DNA of 64,000 nucleotides, from the NCBI GenBank assembly GCA_051892935.1, contig JBJFGS010000038.1, positions 32,001-96,000 on the forward strand, in the 5' to 3' direction. This DNA comes from Candidatus Coprovivens sp. (lineage in GTDB: Bacteria; Bacillota_I; Bacilli_A; RF39; UBA660). The notes below the pieces were generated by a model that worked only from the letters and a program-made list of their open reading frames with translations, was not told where the DNA came from and did no database searches. Position numbers and translations under genes: made by a program. Below, piece after piece: positions 22,610 to 36,079 of this stretch (within the stretch, counting starts at the first letter, position 1; every line of letters starts with the position of its first letter).

Positions 22610-22843
22610 TTACAACTTATCATGATGTTTTTGATTAAATAACAACAAAGCCTTATCAAATTCATTATCACTATCTAGTCCAATTAAAAGTTCTGAATTA
22701 ATTTTATTATTAACTTTTCTAATACAAAAATCTTCTTCATCAGAAACATTAGTTAAATAAACATATGTATTATAATCACAATCAATTTCATCTAATACCA
22801 TATATTCTAAACCATCTTCTAATGTAATACACTTCATTTCCAT
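22610..22843 (-). CDS. Small acidic protein (DUF1292-like)
   Basis: EYMVLDEI...YVYL...DNEFDK pattern. Confidence 0.5.
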   Translation of the reverse strand: MEMKCITLEDGLEYMVLDEIDCDYNTYVYLTNVSDEEDFCIRKVNNKINSELLIGLDSDNEFDKALLLFNQKHHDKL

Positions 22844-22852
22844 AAAATCACC

Positions 22853-23761
22853 CTATATTCCACCTATAGATTTATCCTCTCTAAATTCATTAACATTATT
22901 TAAAGATTCCATATATTCTTCCATAATTGAACAAAATTTGCCAGAATCAATGACTAATTTCCCATCTTTCTCTTTACAAGCACCTTTAGAATTACAATAA
23001 TCTAAAAAAGAAGCAAAATCAGTAATTCCCCTAATATTAAATTGTCTAAACAAAGACTCCATACAATCTATTCTACTTTCTTGATTCCATCCAACATTTT
23101 TATAAGTTCCATAAACAAAAGAATCAAAGTCCATAGTATCTTCATCATATAATCTGGCAATATCTCCATAATCATACCAATAACCACTATTATCATTGGT
23201 TCTATGAGTCTCAGAACTAACGGCTTTATAACCAGCACTAAAAGAATCATTAATATATTCAGGATTTAAAATACTATGCATCGATGACATACTAGCAGCA
23301 AGAACAACAATAAAAGCTCCAACTGCAACTACTTCTTTAAAATTCTTTTTTACAGCATTAAGAAGCTCTTTCATACCTTTCTTAAAAGGTTGTTCTCTCT
23401 TACGAGCCTCCTCCAATGATCTATTAACACTTTTAGCTCGTGCCCTTTCAGCCCTTTTTTTAGCAAGCATATTACGAACTTCCATAATATTATCTTCGTA
23501 TACCAAAAAATCAGAGCATTTTCCATTACTTTTCCAACGAATCTCACCAAGTAATATATTATTTGGACCTAAAAAAACATATCCAGCATCATAATTTGGA
23601 TTAACTATTGGATTAAATTCTATACATGAAATATATTTAGTACTACAAGTACACTGACGAGCCAAAATATTTACTATATCTTGGTAGTTTTTACTACTCC
23701 ACATATTCATTTGTTTAACTATAATATCAGAAATATATGTAGTATTACTCATTATTACCAC
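22853..23761 (-). CDS. Hypothetical single-TM protein
   Basis: N-terminal domain, basic helix, TM, then an extracellular domain. Confidence 0.6.
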   Translation of the reverse strand: MVIMSNTTYISDIIVKQMNMWSSKNYQDIVNILARQCTCSTKYISCIEFNPIVNPNYDAGYVFLGPNNILLGEIRWKSNGKCSDFLVYEDNIMEVRNMLAKKRAERARAKSVNRSLEEARKREQPFKKGMKELLNAVKKNFKEVVAVGAFIVVLAASMSSMHSILNPEYINDSFSAGYKAVSSETHRTNDNSGYWYDYGDIARLYDEDTMDFDSFVYGTYKNVGWNQESRIDCMESLFRQFNIRGITDFASFLDYCNSKGACKEKDGKLVIDSGKFCSIMEEYMESLNNVNEFREDKSIGGI

Positions 23762-23824
23762 TCCCTATTATAAATATACTACAATAAAATAAGATAGTCA
23801 AAAAAATAAGTGAATATAATTCAC

Positions 23825-24835
23825 TTATTTCCCTTTTACATTTTCATTAATAAAATCATCTAAATGTTCTTCACTAACATATGTTTCTCCATTAATAATT
23901 CTAGCATCCAATGGCAAATTACTAATAGAATAATCATTACCAGGAACATCAACAGCCTTAACATAAACAGTATATTTAATATCTCCACCCGGTAATAATA
24001 TATTACCATTATTATCGTAAGATTCACCAAATAAACCGCTAGAAACTACTCTATTACCATTTTGATCATATACAACAGCATCAGCATATGGAGAATCATC
24101 AAATGTCGTAAATCTAAAATAACTATCTTCTAAAGCTTCATCAAATAAATAACAATCATTTCTAAACTCATTATGATAAGTATCTTTCAAATTACCATTT
24201 ACTGAAGATGGTAATCCAGACTCAACTTGATCAATATATCCATAATACTGAATCATAGCATCATTATAAAAATTATTTTTTAAATAATTAGCCGAATCCA
24301 AAATAGAATCATGATTAGCAATAGATGCTTCTTTCATAACTCGACCAATTGCATATCTAGCCCAAGAAGATAATACTAAATCATTAGCACTAACTATTGT
24401 ATTAGCATGTTCATTAACATATGATGTTGAAGAATCAACTGCTGAAGTTTTAATAACAAATGTTGATGCTAAAGCAAGTAATAAAGACCCACCAACAACA
24501 AAAGCACAAACTCTCCTTTTTTGTAGTTTAAACTTTTTACGACGTGGTGCTCTGTTCTTTTCTTCTTGTTCTCTTTTTAAAATGCTTTCTTTAGCTCCTT
24601 CATGATAATTAAAATTTCTATATTTACCTTGTTGATGCATAAAAGTTAAATCACCAATAGAAATACCATATTTTCCCTTAAATATATATCCATGTTCATT
24701 TTCTTCAATACGAATAACTTCAATTCCCATTGCTCTTTTTATATTTTCAGAAATTCTATTTAAAGATTCAGAAGTTAATTTATAACGATTAGTATAAACA
24801 AAATTTATATCACTATCACTCATAATTATCACCAT
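23825..24835 (-). CDS. Hypothetical single-TM protein
   Basis: Same architecture as 22853-23761. Confidence 0.6.
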   Translation of the reverse strand: MVIIMSDSDINFVYTNRYKLTSESLNRISENIKRAMGIEVIRIEENEHGYIFKGKYGISIGDLTFMHQQGKYRNFNYHEGAKESILKREQEEKNRAPRRKKFKLQKRRVCAFVVGGSLLLALASTFVIKTSAVDSSTSYVNEHANTIVSANDLVLSSWARYAIGRVMKEASIANHDSILDSANYLKNNFYNDAMIQYYGYIDQVESGLPSSVNGNLKDTYHNEFRNDCYLFDEALEDSYFRFTTFDDSPYADAVVYDQNGNRVVSSGLFGESYDNNGNILLPGGDIKYTVYVKAVDVPGNDYSISNLPLDARIINGETYVSEEHLDDFINENVKGK

Positions 24836-24906
24836 TACAGTAATAAAACTGTCCTTACTATAAAATTATATAATAAAAAATATCTATTTTCAACAAAAGA
24901 AGAAAA

Positions 24907-26202
24907 TTAATTTTCTTCTTTTATCGCCTCAACATATTCAGTAAAAGCCTCCTTAATAAGAACATCATAGCAAACATTACTTTCTAATATATTATCTACA
25001 ACAACTTTTAAGAAATTTTGAGTATGACCAATAGATTTACCATTAACTATTTCTTCTATTAATACACTAACTTTTTTACCAACAAATTTTTTATTATAAG
25101 AAAGTTGTAAATCTTCATCTATTTCTATTAATTTACGAGCTCTATTTTTCTTAATTTCATTAGATATATGACCACTCATCATAGCAGCTTTTGTCCCTTC
25201 TCTTTTAGAGTAAGGGAATACATGAATCTTACTAAAACCAACTTCCTTACAATATGAAACACATTCCCTAAATTCTTCTTCTGTTTCTGTTGGGAAACCT
25301 ACTATAACATCAGTAGTTAAATTTATTTCAGGACGAGCAGCTCTTAATTTATTAATTTTATCTAAATATTCCTCTTTTGTATATTTTCTATTCATAATTT
25401 TAAGTATTCTTTCACTACCAGATTGAAGCGAAACATGTAAGTGAGCACATAATTTATTATTGTTAGCCATTTCTTTAATAAACTTATCATCTATTTCAGT
25501 AATCTCAATACTTGATATTCTAATTCTTTCTAATCCATCAATTTTAGATACTTCTCTTATCAAATCTGTTAAATCATATTTACCAGTTTCTTTACCATAA
25601 GCACCAGTATTAATACCAGTAAAAACAATTTCTTTATGACCTTTATTAACTAAAGAAATAACTTCGCTTACAACTTCATCAAAATCTTTACTTCTAATAC
25701 TTCCCCTAACATAAGGAATAATACAATAAGAACAATAATTATTACAACCATCCTGAATTTTAACATAAGCTCTTGTTAAATCATTAAATTCTCTAACACT
25801 CATTTCTTCAAATGGCAAACGTCTACTATCATAGAACTTAATATATTTTTCTTTACTATTAACATAATCTTCAATCAAACTTACTATTAAAGACTTTTCT
25901 TTATTTCCAATTAGAATATCAATATCCAAATCATTTAACTCTTCACGATGATTTTCCGCAGTACAACCACATACCATCAATATACAATCACTATTATCTC
26001 TTCTGACATTTCTAATCATTTTTTTACATTTATTATCAGCTGTATTAGTAACACTACATGTATTAACTATAACAATATCACTACTTTTATAATCATCATT
26101 ATATACATAATGATTTCTAAGTAATTGTTCTTTCATATATTCCGATTCATAAGAATTAACTTTACATCCAAAAGTTAAAATAGTAAATTTCATATACATC
26201 AC
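24907..26202 (-). CDS. mtaB: tRNA ms2t6A37 methylthiotransferase
   Basis: GCKVNSYES, NTCSVT, radical SAM CNNYCSYC, HVFPYSKREGT, TRAM domain. Confidence 0.95.
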   Translation of the reverse strand: MMYMKFTILTFGCKVNSYESEYMKEQLLRNHYVYNDDYKSSDIVIVNTCSVTNTADNKCKKMIRNVRRDNSDCILMVCGCTAENHREELNDLDIDILIGNKEKSLIVSLIEDYVNSKEKYIKFYDSRRLPFEEMSVREFNDLTRAYVKIQDGCNNYCSYCIIPYVRGSIRSKDFDEVVSEVISLVNKGHKEIVFTGINTGAYGKETGKYDLTDLIREVSKIDGLERIRISSIEITEIDDKFIKEMANNNKLCAHLHVSLQSGSERILKIMNRKYTKEEYLDKINKLRAARPEINLTTDVIVGFPTETEEEFRECVSYCKEVGFSKIHVFPYSKREGTKAAMMSGHISNEIKKNRARKLIEIDEDLQLSYNKKFVGKKVSVLIEEIVNGKSIGHTQNFLKVVVDNILESNVCYDVLIKEAFTEYVEAIKEEN

Positions 26203-26254
26203 CTAATGCTAAATTATATCACAAAAAAAAGTAATCACAAAGATTACTTATAAA

Positions 26255-26878
26255 TTATTTAATTAAAGTACTTAATAATGACTTTAATGACTTCAAAAAA
26301 TACTCTTCATGTGCATAAACTTCATTAGAGCTATTACTATCTTTACTTACTAAATTAATTTTTTCGTTAATTCCTTCAAAGTTGTTATCAACTTTAAATG
26401 ATCCATCATCTACCACTTTATTAGTTTTTAAACCATCACTATGTTTAATTAATTCGTCATAACTAATAATAGCTTTTTCTTCCTGTTCAGCTTCAAAAGG
26501 TGTCATTTCTATTTTTCGTTCCCTAGGTAAAGTTTCCAACTGCTTAGTAATATCTTGTAATTCATCAGCTTCAGAAACAGCTTTAAAAGATTGAGTCAAT
26601 TCTAAATAATCAGGAATTTTTAAATCAGTAATAGGAACTATTTTTGGCTTTTCGCTTGTTAAATTCTCAACTTCTTTTATCATAGAAGAATTATCAACCT
26701 TAGAAGAACATTCTTCAAAAGATTTTCTTTCCTTTAATTGGCGAGACATTTCTTTATTTTGTGTATAAATTAGAAACACAAGTATTACAGATATAATAGT
26801 TAACAACAACATTAATAAAGCAAATATTATATCTGAACTAGATAATTCATCAATAAAATTAACTAAATACATAAACAA
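26255..26878 (-). CDS. Hypothetical protein with N-terminal TM
   Basis: Hydrophobic anchor and FEAEQEEKAIISYDEL motif. Confidence 0.6.
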   Translation of the reverse strand: MFMYLVNFIDELSSSDIIFALLMLLLTIISVILVFLIYTQNKEMSRQLKERKSFEECSSKVDNSSMIKEVENLTSEKPKIVPITDLKIPDYLELTQSFKAVSEADELQDITKQLETLPRERKIEMTPFEAEQEEKAIISYDELIKHSDGLKTNKVVDDGSFKVDNNFEGINEKINLVSKDSNSSNEVYAHEEYFLKSLKSLLSTLIK

Positions 26879-26965
26879 TGTCTCCCTTCTACTCTACCAC
26901 TATATAATAACATTATTTTACGAATTAATAAATATAGTAAATAAATTTTTAAAAATAATTTTACA

Positions 26966-28270
26966 TTAAGAAACTATTATATAAGGATTATTCTTAGTAC
27001 CATTTCCCTTTATATTAGCATCAACACTTATGTTAATCACTGGTCTTATATAAGAAGGAGTCGCAATAAGTATTCCTTCTCCAATAGCACCATTAGACAT
27101 AACATTCATCATAGCAATACTATTATCTGCATTTATAAAATAACTATTAGTAGTTAAATAATTTCCCGGTATATTTTTATTATATAAATAATAACTAGTA
27201 TTTGGTCTATTACCAGAAGCACCTGCAAAAACAACCTCATCAACAGATAATAGCCCAACCTTCCCTCTATAAACATTGCCAGAACAATATAAGTCAGGAG
27301 ATTCATCATAAAAAACTCTTTCATAAGCAGAAGAATACGAAATATTATTAACATTTAAAGTAAACAAAGTATCAGAACAAAAATCTCCATCAACTATATA
27401 TTTACTATAAGTTCCAAGACTTGACTTTAACCAATTTTCTAAATTTGTTCTAACACTCGAATTACCAAACAAAACTAAGGAATTAACTTTAGAACTATCA
27501 TCTAATGAATTAGTATTATAAGCAAAAGTATCGTTAATAACTCCATCTAATACCAATCTAACAGTACTATCACCATTAATTCTAACAACCCTAAACAACA
27601 GCTCTCCAATCTTAACATAATTATTATCTACATTTCCTCTAAAATAATAAGTAGTTCCCTTATTATCAATTGTACTTAATAATCCTTCATTTGAAGTAGC
27701 AATTTCAGCACCAATTCTTGTTTGCGCAACATTAATATTATTATTAAGTAAAACTAAATCAGAAAAAGTCTCTGTCACCATAGATTCATTATCTACTTTC
27801 AATAAACCCTGAAATTTAACTTTTTTATCTCCACCAACTACTATCGTATATCTAATAGTTTCATTTCCCTCTATACAAAATAAATTAATAAGTTTATTAC
27901 TAGTAACATCTTCTTCAATAGTATTCAAAACCTTATCTGAAGAATCCTTTATTTTGACTGAGATATCATCTATATTAGCTTTCTCAAAATATACAGAATA
28001 ATAAACCTTAGTAGAAGAATTATTAGTAATACTTAAAACATAACTATGTTCTTTAGAATCGTTAAATTTAATTTCTTGGCCATCAGTATAATTAATAGTT
28101 AAATCACCTTCATTTAAGATAATAGCAACAGTACCATTAACTTTTTCTTCAAACTCAATATTACTTAATACAATAGCCAAAACAGTAACAACAGCAAAAA
28201 AGCTTAATAATAAAACTAAAATTAATCTATACTTATTATTTCCTTCTAGTAATTTAGTCATAAATGTCAC
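26966..28270 (-). CDS. Membrane-anchored extracellular protein (DUF6273-like C-terminal domain)
   Basis: YYFRG...NNYV...FRVVRING, VGLLSVDE, IRPVINI, GNGTKNNPY. Confidence 0.6.
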   Translation of the reverse strand: MTFMTKLLEGNNKYRLILVLLLSFFAVVTVLAIVLSNIEFEEKVNGTVAIILNEGDLTINYTDGQEIKFNDSKEHSYVLSITNNSSTKVYYSVYFEKANIDDISVKIKDSSDKVLNTIEEDVTSNKLINLFCIEGNETIRYTIVVGGDKKVKFQGLLKVDNESMVTETFSDLVLLNNNINVAQTRIGAEIATSNEGLLSTIDNKGTTYYFRGNVDNNYVKIGELLFRVVRINGDSTVRLVLDGVINDTFAYNTNSLDDSSKVNSLVLFGNSSVRTNLENWLKSSLGTYSKYIVDGDFCSDTLFTLNVNNISYSSAYERVFYDESPDLYCSGNVYRGKVGLLSVDEVVFAGASGNRPNTSYYLYNKNIPGNYLTTNSYFINADNSIAMMNVMSNGAIGEGILIATPSYIRPVINISVDANIKGNGTKNNPYIIVS

Positions 28271-28339
28271 CCATTCTTCTAATAAAATTATATCAAATAT
28301 TAATAATTCTTCAATTAAAAAAAGCTTTTTTAAAGCTTT

Positions 28340-29479
28340 TTATAAATATTTATTATAATTTTTAAATTGACTTCCAACCTCTAAATCTGTTTTAGATAAC
28401 TCTTTAAATAATTCCTTTTGTTTTCTATCCAATTTATTTGGAATTATTACATCAAGAACAACATACATATCTCCCTTTTTACTAGATGTTGGATCTTTTA
28501 TTCCTTTACCACGAAGTCTTAATTGATCACCAGGTTGACTTCCTGCATCGATATCCAAAACAACAACCCCAGTCAATGTAGGGACTTCTTTTTTACAACC
28601 TAATACAGCTTCTGTTATTGTAATTGGAACATCAATATATATATCATTATCTTTTCTTTCAAATAAAGGGTGATCCTTTACAGTAAATTCTATATAAATA
28701 TCACCATTAGGACCTCCATTATAACCAGCGGCACCTTTTCCACTTATACGTAATTGATGACCTGTATCCACTCCTTCTGGAACTGTAATTTCTATATCTT
28801 TATTCTTTACAACATGACCAGAGCCACCACATTCTCTACACACATTTCTAAATGTTTTACCTTTACCATTACATTCAGGACAAGTTGATTCTGATTGAAA
28901 TACTCCAAAAGGTGTTCTTTGTTGGGTTACAACTCTTCCTCTACCGCCACAAGTAGAACATGTTTCTTCCCCAGAGCCACCTTTTCCACCACATTTAGAA
29001 CATTCACTATCTAAATCAATATTTATAGTTTTTTTACAACCAAAAACAGCTTCTTCAAAAGTTAATTTAACATTAACTAATGTATCTCTACCTTTAGTAG
29101 GTCTATTTCTAGAAGATGATCTACGACCACTTCCTCCAAACATTCCACCACCAAAAATATCATCAAAGATACTTGATAAATCAATGTCATCAGCAGAAAA
29201 GCCTCCAAAACCTCCAAAGCCACTTCCACCAAAACCACCTTGAGCAGCACCTTGAGTAAAAGCTTCATGTCCAAATTGATCATATTGTTTACGTTTTTCT
29301 GCATCACCTAATACTGCATAAGCTTCACCAATTTCTTTAAACTTTTCTTCTGCACCAGGCTCCTTATTAATATCAGGGTGATATTGTTTAGCTAATTTTC
29401 TAAAAGCACTCTTAATTGTTTTTTCATCAGCATTTTTATCAACGCCTAACACATCATAATAATTTCTACTGCTAGCCAT
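28340..29479 (-). CDS. dnaJ: Chaperone DnaJ
   Basis: J domain with HPD, G/F-rich linker, four CxxCxGxG repeats. Confidence 0.98.
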   Translation of the reverse strand: MASSRNYYDVLGVDKNADEKTIKSAFRKLAKQYHPDINKEPGAEEKFKEIGEAYAVLGDAEKRKQYDQFGHEAFTQGAAQGGFGGSGFGGFGGFSADDIDLSSIFDDIFGGGMFGGSGRRSSSRNRPTKGRDTLVNVKLTFEEAVFGCKKTINIDLDSECSKCGGKGGSGEETCSTCGGRGRVVTQQRTPFGVFQSESTCPECNGKGKTFRNVCRECGGSGHVVKNKDIEITVPEGVDTGHQLRISGKGAAGYNGGPNGDIYIEFTVKDHPLFERKDNDIYIDVPITITEAVLGCKKEVPTLTGVVVLDIDAGSQPGDQLRLRGKGIKDPTSSKKGDMYVVLDVIIPNKLDRKQKELFKELSKTDLEVGSQFKNYNKYL

Positions 29480-31286
29480 TTATTTTCACCTCTTCTTGAG
29501 AATCTATTCTATAATATTCATCTATTAATTCATTAAAATAATCAATAGCGTTCTGATATACTTCTGGACTTTCCAAATCAACTCCTAATACTTTAAAAGC
29601 ATCAATTGCCCATTTATCTGAACCCAATTTCATAAATTCATAATAATTATTAAGCATCTCTTTATCTCCAGAAAGTATCTTTCTTGCCACACTAGTAGCA
29701 ACACTTACACAAATAGCATAACTATATAAATAAAAATTCATATAATAATGACTTCTAGTAACCCATGAATTACAAGCATAATTATCACATTTAACAGAAG
29801 GACCATAATATTTTTTTAAAGAACTCTTACTCTTCTTATCAAGAAAATCTTTAGTAACCATTCCACCATTTTTTAGCTCTTTATACATCTCTTGCTCAAT
29901 TTTACCTTCTCTTACCGCATCAAACAAATTATTAGCAATAACACTTAACATATTTGATATACCTGCTAGTTTCTCTTCTTTATCTTTTCCGTTCTGAGCT
30001 AAATAAGAAGACAACAAACATTCATTAGTTAAAGAAACAACTTCTGCTACAATACTACCAACAAAACGATATTGTTTAGGATTATTTTCCGCAATAAATT
30101 GATGATGTACATTATGACCAGACTCATGAGCAATAGTAGAAACAGAATCTAAACTATAATTATAACTCATAAGTATTCTAGAATCTTGTAATACAGTAGA
30201 AAAAGAATATCCACCACTACATTTACCTTTATACTGACAATAATCAATATATCTATTGTTAATTATTTTATCATACTTTTTTAAATACTCATCGCCTAAA
30301 GGTGACAAAGCATTTCTAACTAATTGTTGGGCCTCAGGTATAGAATATTCTCTATTAGATTTAATCATTTCTAAAGATAAATCATATCTATGTAAAACAT
30401 CTAATCCCAACACATTCTTTTTTAACTCATAATATCTATGCAAAGAATCTAAATTACTTTCAGTTGTCTTAACCAATGTTTTAAATACTTTATCACTCAT
30501 ATTAATACTAAACAATTTACTATCCCAAGCACTTTTAAAATGTCTAATTTTAGCTATTGTTTCATTCATACTAACATAACTATTCAAATACATTGCATTA
30601 CTATCACTATATTGAGCTAGCTTTTTATTAAATAATTTATAAACTTTCTTTCTAACATTAACATCCTTATTTCTCATTAAAGAACGATAATTATTTACAG
30701 CTATTGTAACTACTTCTCCGTTATCTAACTTTACTTTTCCATAATCATGTTGATTATTTAATAAATTAGATGACATATCATCAAAATGATTCATAGAATT
30801 AACTAACTCTGTAACTATTCTTTCTTCATTAGAAGTAAGTATATGTTCTTTTTCTCTATAAGTTTTATCTAAATCATCCCTATATTCATTCAATTTAGGA
30901 TTATCAATAAATAATTTTTCATACTCATTTTTCTCAAGTTTCAATAATTCAGGAGCAAAAAAACTAGTATTCCCCATAATAATAGCTTCTAAATTTTCGG
31001 CTTTACTTTTTCTTACTAAACTTTCTGATACACCTAATTCTTGATCATTTACCAAATGAGCATATACATATAAATCTTCCCATAAAGCTATAGTTTCAAT
31101 TTGTTTATTCATAAACTCATATAGTTTATCAGCATCTTTAGTACATCCAACATATTCTTTTAATTCTAAAGCCAATTCTGATACTTTATTGTAACACTCT
31201 TCCCATTCATCATCATTTTTAAAAAACGGAGTCAAATCCCATTTAAATTCTTCAGGAACTTCACTTCTATTATTATACTTTTGCAT
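29472..31286 (-). CDS. pepF: Oligoendopeptidase F (M3B)
   Basis: WDL near the N-terminus, [13 protein letters not shown] zinc motif, [17 protein letters not shown]; start refined to ATG 31286 after GGAGG. Confidence 0.9.
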   Translation of the reverse strand: MQKYNNRSEVPEEFKWDLTPFFKNDDEWEECYNKVSELALELKEYVGCTKDADKLYEFMNKQIETIALWEDLYVYAHLVNDQELGVSESLVRKSKAENLEAIIMGNTSFFAPELLKLEKNEYEKLFIDNPKLNEYRDDLDKTYREKEHILTSNEERIVTELVNSMNHFDDMSSNLLNNQHDYGKVKLDNGEVVTIAVNNYRSLMRNKDVNVRKKVYKLFNKKLAQYSDSNAMYLNSYVSMNETIAKIRHFKSAWDSKLFSINMSDKVFKTLVKTTESNLDSLHRYYELKKNVLGLDVLHRYDLSLEMIKSNREYSIPEAQQLVRNALSPLGDEYLKKYDKIINNRYIDYCQYKGKCSGGYSFSTVLQDSRILMSYNYSLDSVSTIAHESGHNVHHQFIAENNPKQYRFVGSIVAEVVSLTNECLLSSYLAQNGKDKEEKLAGISNMLSVIANNLFDAVREGKIEQEMYKELKNGGMVTKDFLDKKSKSSLKKYYGPSVKCDNYACNSWVTRSHYYMNFYLYSYAICVSVATSVARKILSGDKEMLNNYYEFMKLGSDKWAIDAFKVLGVDLESPEVYQNAIDYFNELIDEYYRIDSQEEVKING

Positions 31287-31307
31287 AAGATTCCTCCATA
31301 TATTGGC

Positions 31308-31334
31308 CAAAAGTTCTAGTCACCTAGAACTTTT
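31308..31334 (-). terminator. Hairpin after dnaK
   Basis: aaaagttctag-tcac-ctagaactttt inverted repeat. Confidence 0.6.
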
Positions 31335-31352
31335 ATACCATAATATTTAATT

Positions 31353-33182
<1,830 letters not shown>

Positions 33183-33199
33183 TCATCTCTTTCTAATTT

Positions 33200-33841
33200 T
33201 TATTTGCTTACTTTTACCATAGCATGTCTAATTACTTTACCTTTATAAGTATAACCTTTTTGTAATACATCTACTACAATATTAGATTCCATATCAGGAA
33301 CCTCTTCTACCATAACAGCTTCCATCGTATTTGGATCAAAAGGTTTATTAAGAATATCCATTGCTACTACTTCATAACTTTGTAAAGTACTATTTAAATT
33401 ACCATAAATCATTTTAAATCCACTCAAGAACTTACTTAATTCATCTTCTAAATTTGTATCATCCATAGTAATAGCTCTTTCAAAGTTATCAATAACTGGA
33501 AGTAATCTTTTTATCAAATCTTCACCTTCATATTTTAAAAGATTTGTTTTTTCTTCTTCCATTCTTCTTCTCATATTTTGCATTTCTGCATTAACTCTTA
33601 AATATTTATCCTTTAAGAGAGCATTTTCTTCTTGTAGTTTTTTCTTTTCTGAATCTTCTTTTTTCTTAAAGAAAGACTTTTTTTCATCTTTAGCCTCAGT
33701 AGTTTTATTATCCACTACATCATCAGCATTACTTTCTTCAACTTTCTTAGAAGACTCAACATTTTCTGAAACTACTTCATCTTTTACTTCAGTAGTTTCT
33801 TCTTTAACTTCTTCTACTGGAGTATTTTTATTATTTTCCAT
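33200..33841 (-). CDS. grpE: Nucleotide exchange factor GrpE
   Basis: AEMQNMRRR, LLPVIDNFERA, FDP, QKGY...VIRHAMVKV. Confidence 0.97.
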   Translation of the reverse strand: MENNKNTPVEEVKEETTEVKDEVVSENVESSKKVEESNADDVVDNKTTEAKDEKKSFFKKKEDSEKKKLQEENALLKDKYLRVNAEMQNMRRRMEEEKTNLLKYEGEDLIKRLLPVIDNFERAITMDDTNLEDELSKFLSGFKMIYGNLNSTLQSYEVVAMDILNKPFDPNTMEAVMVEEVPDMESNIVVDVLQKGYTYKGKVIRHAMVKVSK

Positions 33842-33900
33842 AGTTCATCTCTTTTCTATAATTAAAGAATTTATAGTAAACCAAAAATTGCTTACATAAA

Positions 33901-34899
33901 CTATTTGTCTTTATTTTTTAATTCTTCATTAATGTATTCTAGCAAACCAATTACTCTATCATATTCCATACGTTTAGGACCGACGATTGCAATTGTGCCC
34001 TCTTCGCCATTAATCTTATACTTACTTTTTATTATGGTAACATTTGGATCAAATTCATTCTCTTTTCCAATATAAACATTAATACCATCGCCAGTTTCTT
34101 CGATTTTTCTAACCAAAGATTCATCCTCTAATTTATTAACTATCTTCTTTATCTCATCTATATTATCATATTCAGGTTGTTTTAAAATATTAGTTTTTCC
34201 ACTAAAGAAGACATTAGAACTATTTTTTGTAAAATCATTAAAAGCATCATAGAAGATTTCATAAACAGTTTCATATTGTTTAATTGTCTTACTAATAATT
34301 GGCTTTATATCAAACTCAAGTCTTTGACTAACTTCATCAATTGGCGTTCCAACCAACATCTTATTAATAATTTCACAAGTTTTAACAAGTTCTTCCATAT
34401 AAATAGTTTCAGGAATATTAAACTTCTTATTTTCTACAATACCTTTGTTAGTACAAACCAAGGCGATTACTTGATTATTATCAAGTGGAATAATATTTAC
34501 TTGTCTTAATGTATTATCTGCAGAATGAGTACCTAATACTACACTAGTATAATTCGTCATATCAGCAATAATCTCCATACACTTAGCAATTGCATCACTT
34601 ACTTGCAATTGTTGGTTATGAAATATTGTTTGTAATTTCAACATTTCTTCACCATTAAGTTCTTTTGGTTTCATTAAATTTTCAACATAATATTTGTATC
34701 CTTTTTCTGAAGGAATACGACCACTCGATACATGATTTTTTTCGACATAACCCAGTTTCTCTAAAGTAGCCATTTCATTTCTAATAGTTGCAGAAGATAA
34801 TTTAAACTTCTTACACAATGCTTGACTACCTACTGGTTTGACATTTTTAATATAAGACTCTACTATCTCTTTAAGTAGTTCTTTTTGTCTATTATCCAT
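33901..34899 (-). CDS. hrcA: Heat-inducible transcription repressor HrcA
   Basis: PVGS, SSATIRNEM, SSGRIPSEKGY, GPKRMEY. Confidence 0.97.
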   Translation of the reverse strand: MDNRQKELLKEIVESYIKNVKPVGSQALCKKFKLSSATIRNEMATLEKLGYVEKNHVSSGRIPSEKGYKYYVENLMKPKELNGEEMLKLQTIFHNQQLQVSDAIAKCMEIIADMTNYTSVVLGTHSADNTLRQVNIIPLDNNQVIALVCTNKGIVENKKFNIPETIYMEELVKTCEIINKMLVGTPIDEVSQRLEFDIKPIISKTIKQYETVYEIFYDAFNDFTKNSSNVFFSGKTNILKQPEYDNIDEIKKIVNKLEDESLVRKIEETGDGINVYIGKENEFDPNVTIIKSKYKINGEEGTIAIVGPKRMEYDRVIGLLEYINEELKNKDK

Positions 34900-34912
34900 A
34901 TCGTCACCACCA

Positions 34913-34939
34913 TTAGCACTCTTTCTTTTTTAGTGCTAA
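34913..34939. promoter_or_regulatory. CIRCE operator
   Basis: TTAGCACTC-N9-TAGTGCTAA, one mismatch to consensus, immediately upstream of hrcA. Confidence 0.92.
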
Positions 34940-34943
34940 TAAT

Positions 34944-34971
34944 ATTATAACAATAAATTAGCAGATGTCAA
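34944..34971 (-). promoter_or_regulatory. SigA promoter of the hrcA operon
   Basis: TTGACA (34971-34966), 16-bp spacer, TATAAT (34949-34944). Confidence 0.8.
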
Positions 34972-35043
34972 TACCACTCTGCTAATTTTATTAATTTTTT
35001 ACTAACTTTCAAATATGTTTGATATAATTAATTAAAGAAAGAT

Positions 35044-36048
35044 GTGATAACATTGGCACAAAAAAGAAAGAAAAAGAAAAAATATCGTTTACGATATGAA
35101 TTTAAAAAATTTCTTGTATATTTTATCTTTTTTCTAGGTATGGGAATATACACTATTAAAGAATCTATTAAACTATATGAAGAATTTGAATATCAAAAAA
35201 CATATGAATATAAAATAGAACAAATAGGATACTCTAAAGAAGAAACAACAAAACTAATTGAAATTCTTTCAGAAGAAAAACTAAACTTCATTCTCGATAA
35301 TGAATACAATGAAATATATTATAACATCGTTACTCAAAAATATTATTTAGAAAAAAACTTTGATAAATACATCGAATACAAAACATATCATGAAGATACA
35401 TCATATGAAGACACTATCGCCATTGTTAATGTCCATGCCAATGTCGGTTGGTACAATGAAACATACCCTACCAATATAGAAGATAATTATCTTATACTAG
35501 TAAACAAATTTTACTACTTACCAGAAAACTATGAAAGAGATGATATTGAATCAATCAGCCTACAATACTCATACGATAATAATAAAGCAGCTTCTATTGT
35601 AATAGAAAACTTTAAAATAATGAAACAAGACATTGAAAATGAATTAGGAGTCCATTTAATGGTCAATTCATCATATCGTCCATACAAAGACCAAGAAGAA
35701 ATATATAACGAATACAAAAAGAAAAGTTTAAAATATGCTGATTCATATGCGGCAAGACCAGGGCACTCCGAACACCAAACAGGTTTATCAATCGATTTAA
35801 CATCCTTAGAACATCCATATATAAATAACTCTGAAAACTCATTTGATAAATCAGAAGAATACGAATGGTTAAAAAATAATTGCCACAAATATGGTTTTAT
35901 ATTAAGATATCCCGAAGGAAAAGACTATCTAACTGGATACAATACTGAAAGCTGGCATTTCAGATACGTAGGAGAAAAAGTTGCTACCCAAATATTTCAA
36001 GAAGGAATAACATTCGATGAATACTATGCTTATTATATAGAAAAATAA
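35044..36048 (+). CDS. D-Ala-D-Ala carboxypeptidase, M15B (VanY-like), membrane anchored
   Basis: LVNK, SSYRPY..Q, ARPGHSEHQTGLSID, YGFILRYP, ESWHFRYVG. Confidence 0.92.
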   Translation: MITLAQKRKKKKKYRLRYEFKKFLVYFIFFLGMGIYTIKESIKLYEEFEYQKTYEYKIEQIGYSKEETTKLIEILSEEKLNFILDNEYNEIYYNIVTQKYYLEKNFDKYIEYKTYHEDTSYEDTIAIVNVHANVGWYNETYPTNIEDNYLILVNKFYYLPENYERDDIESISLQYSYDNNKAASIVIENFKIMKQDIENELGVHLMVNSSYRPYKDQEEIYNEYKKKSLKYADSYAARPGHSEHQTGLSIDLTSLEHPYINNSENSFDKSEEYEWLKNNCHKYGFILRYPEGKDYLTGYNTESWHFRYVGEKVATQIFQEGITFDEYYAYYIEK

Positions 36049-36079
36049 AAGAACTATAACAGCTCTTTTATTTTTTTCT

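Noticed and set aside
6861-29307. Same-strand alternative-frame ORFs (6861-7052, 23068-23250, 27154-27354, 29077-29307)
   Set aside because: Nested in or overlapping real CDSs, with no motifs
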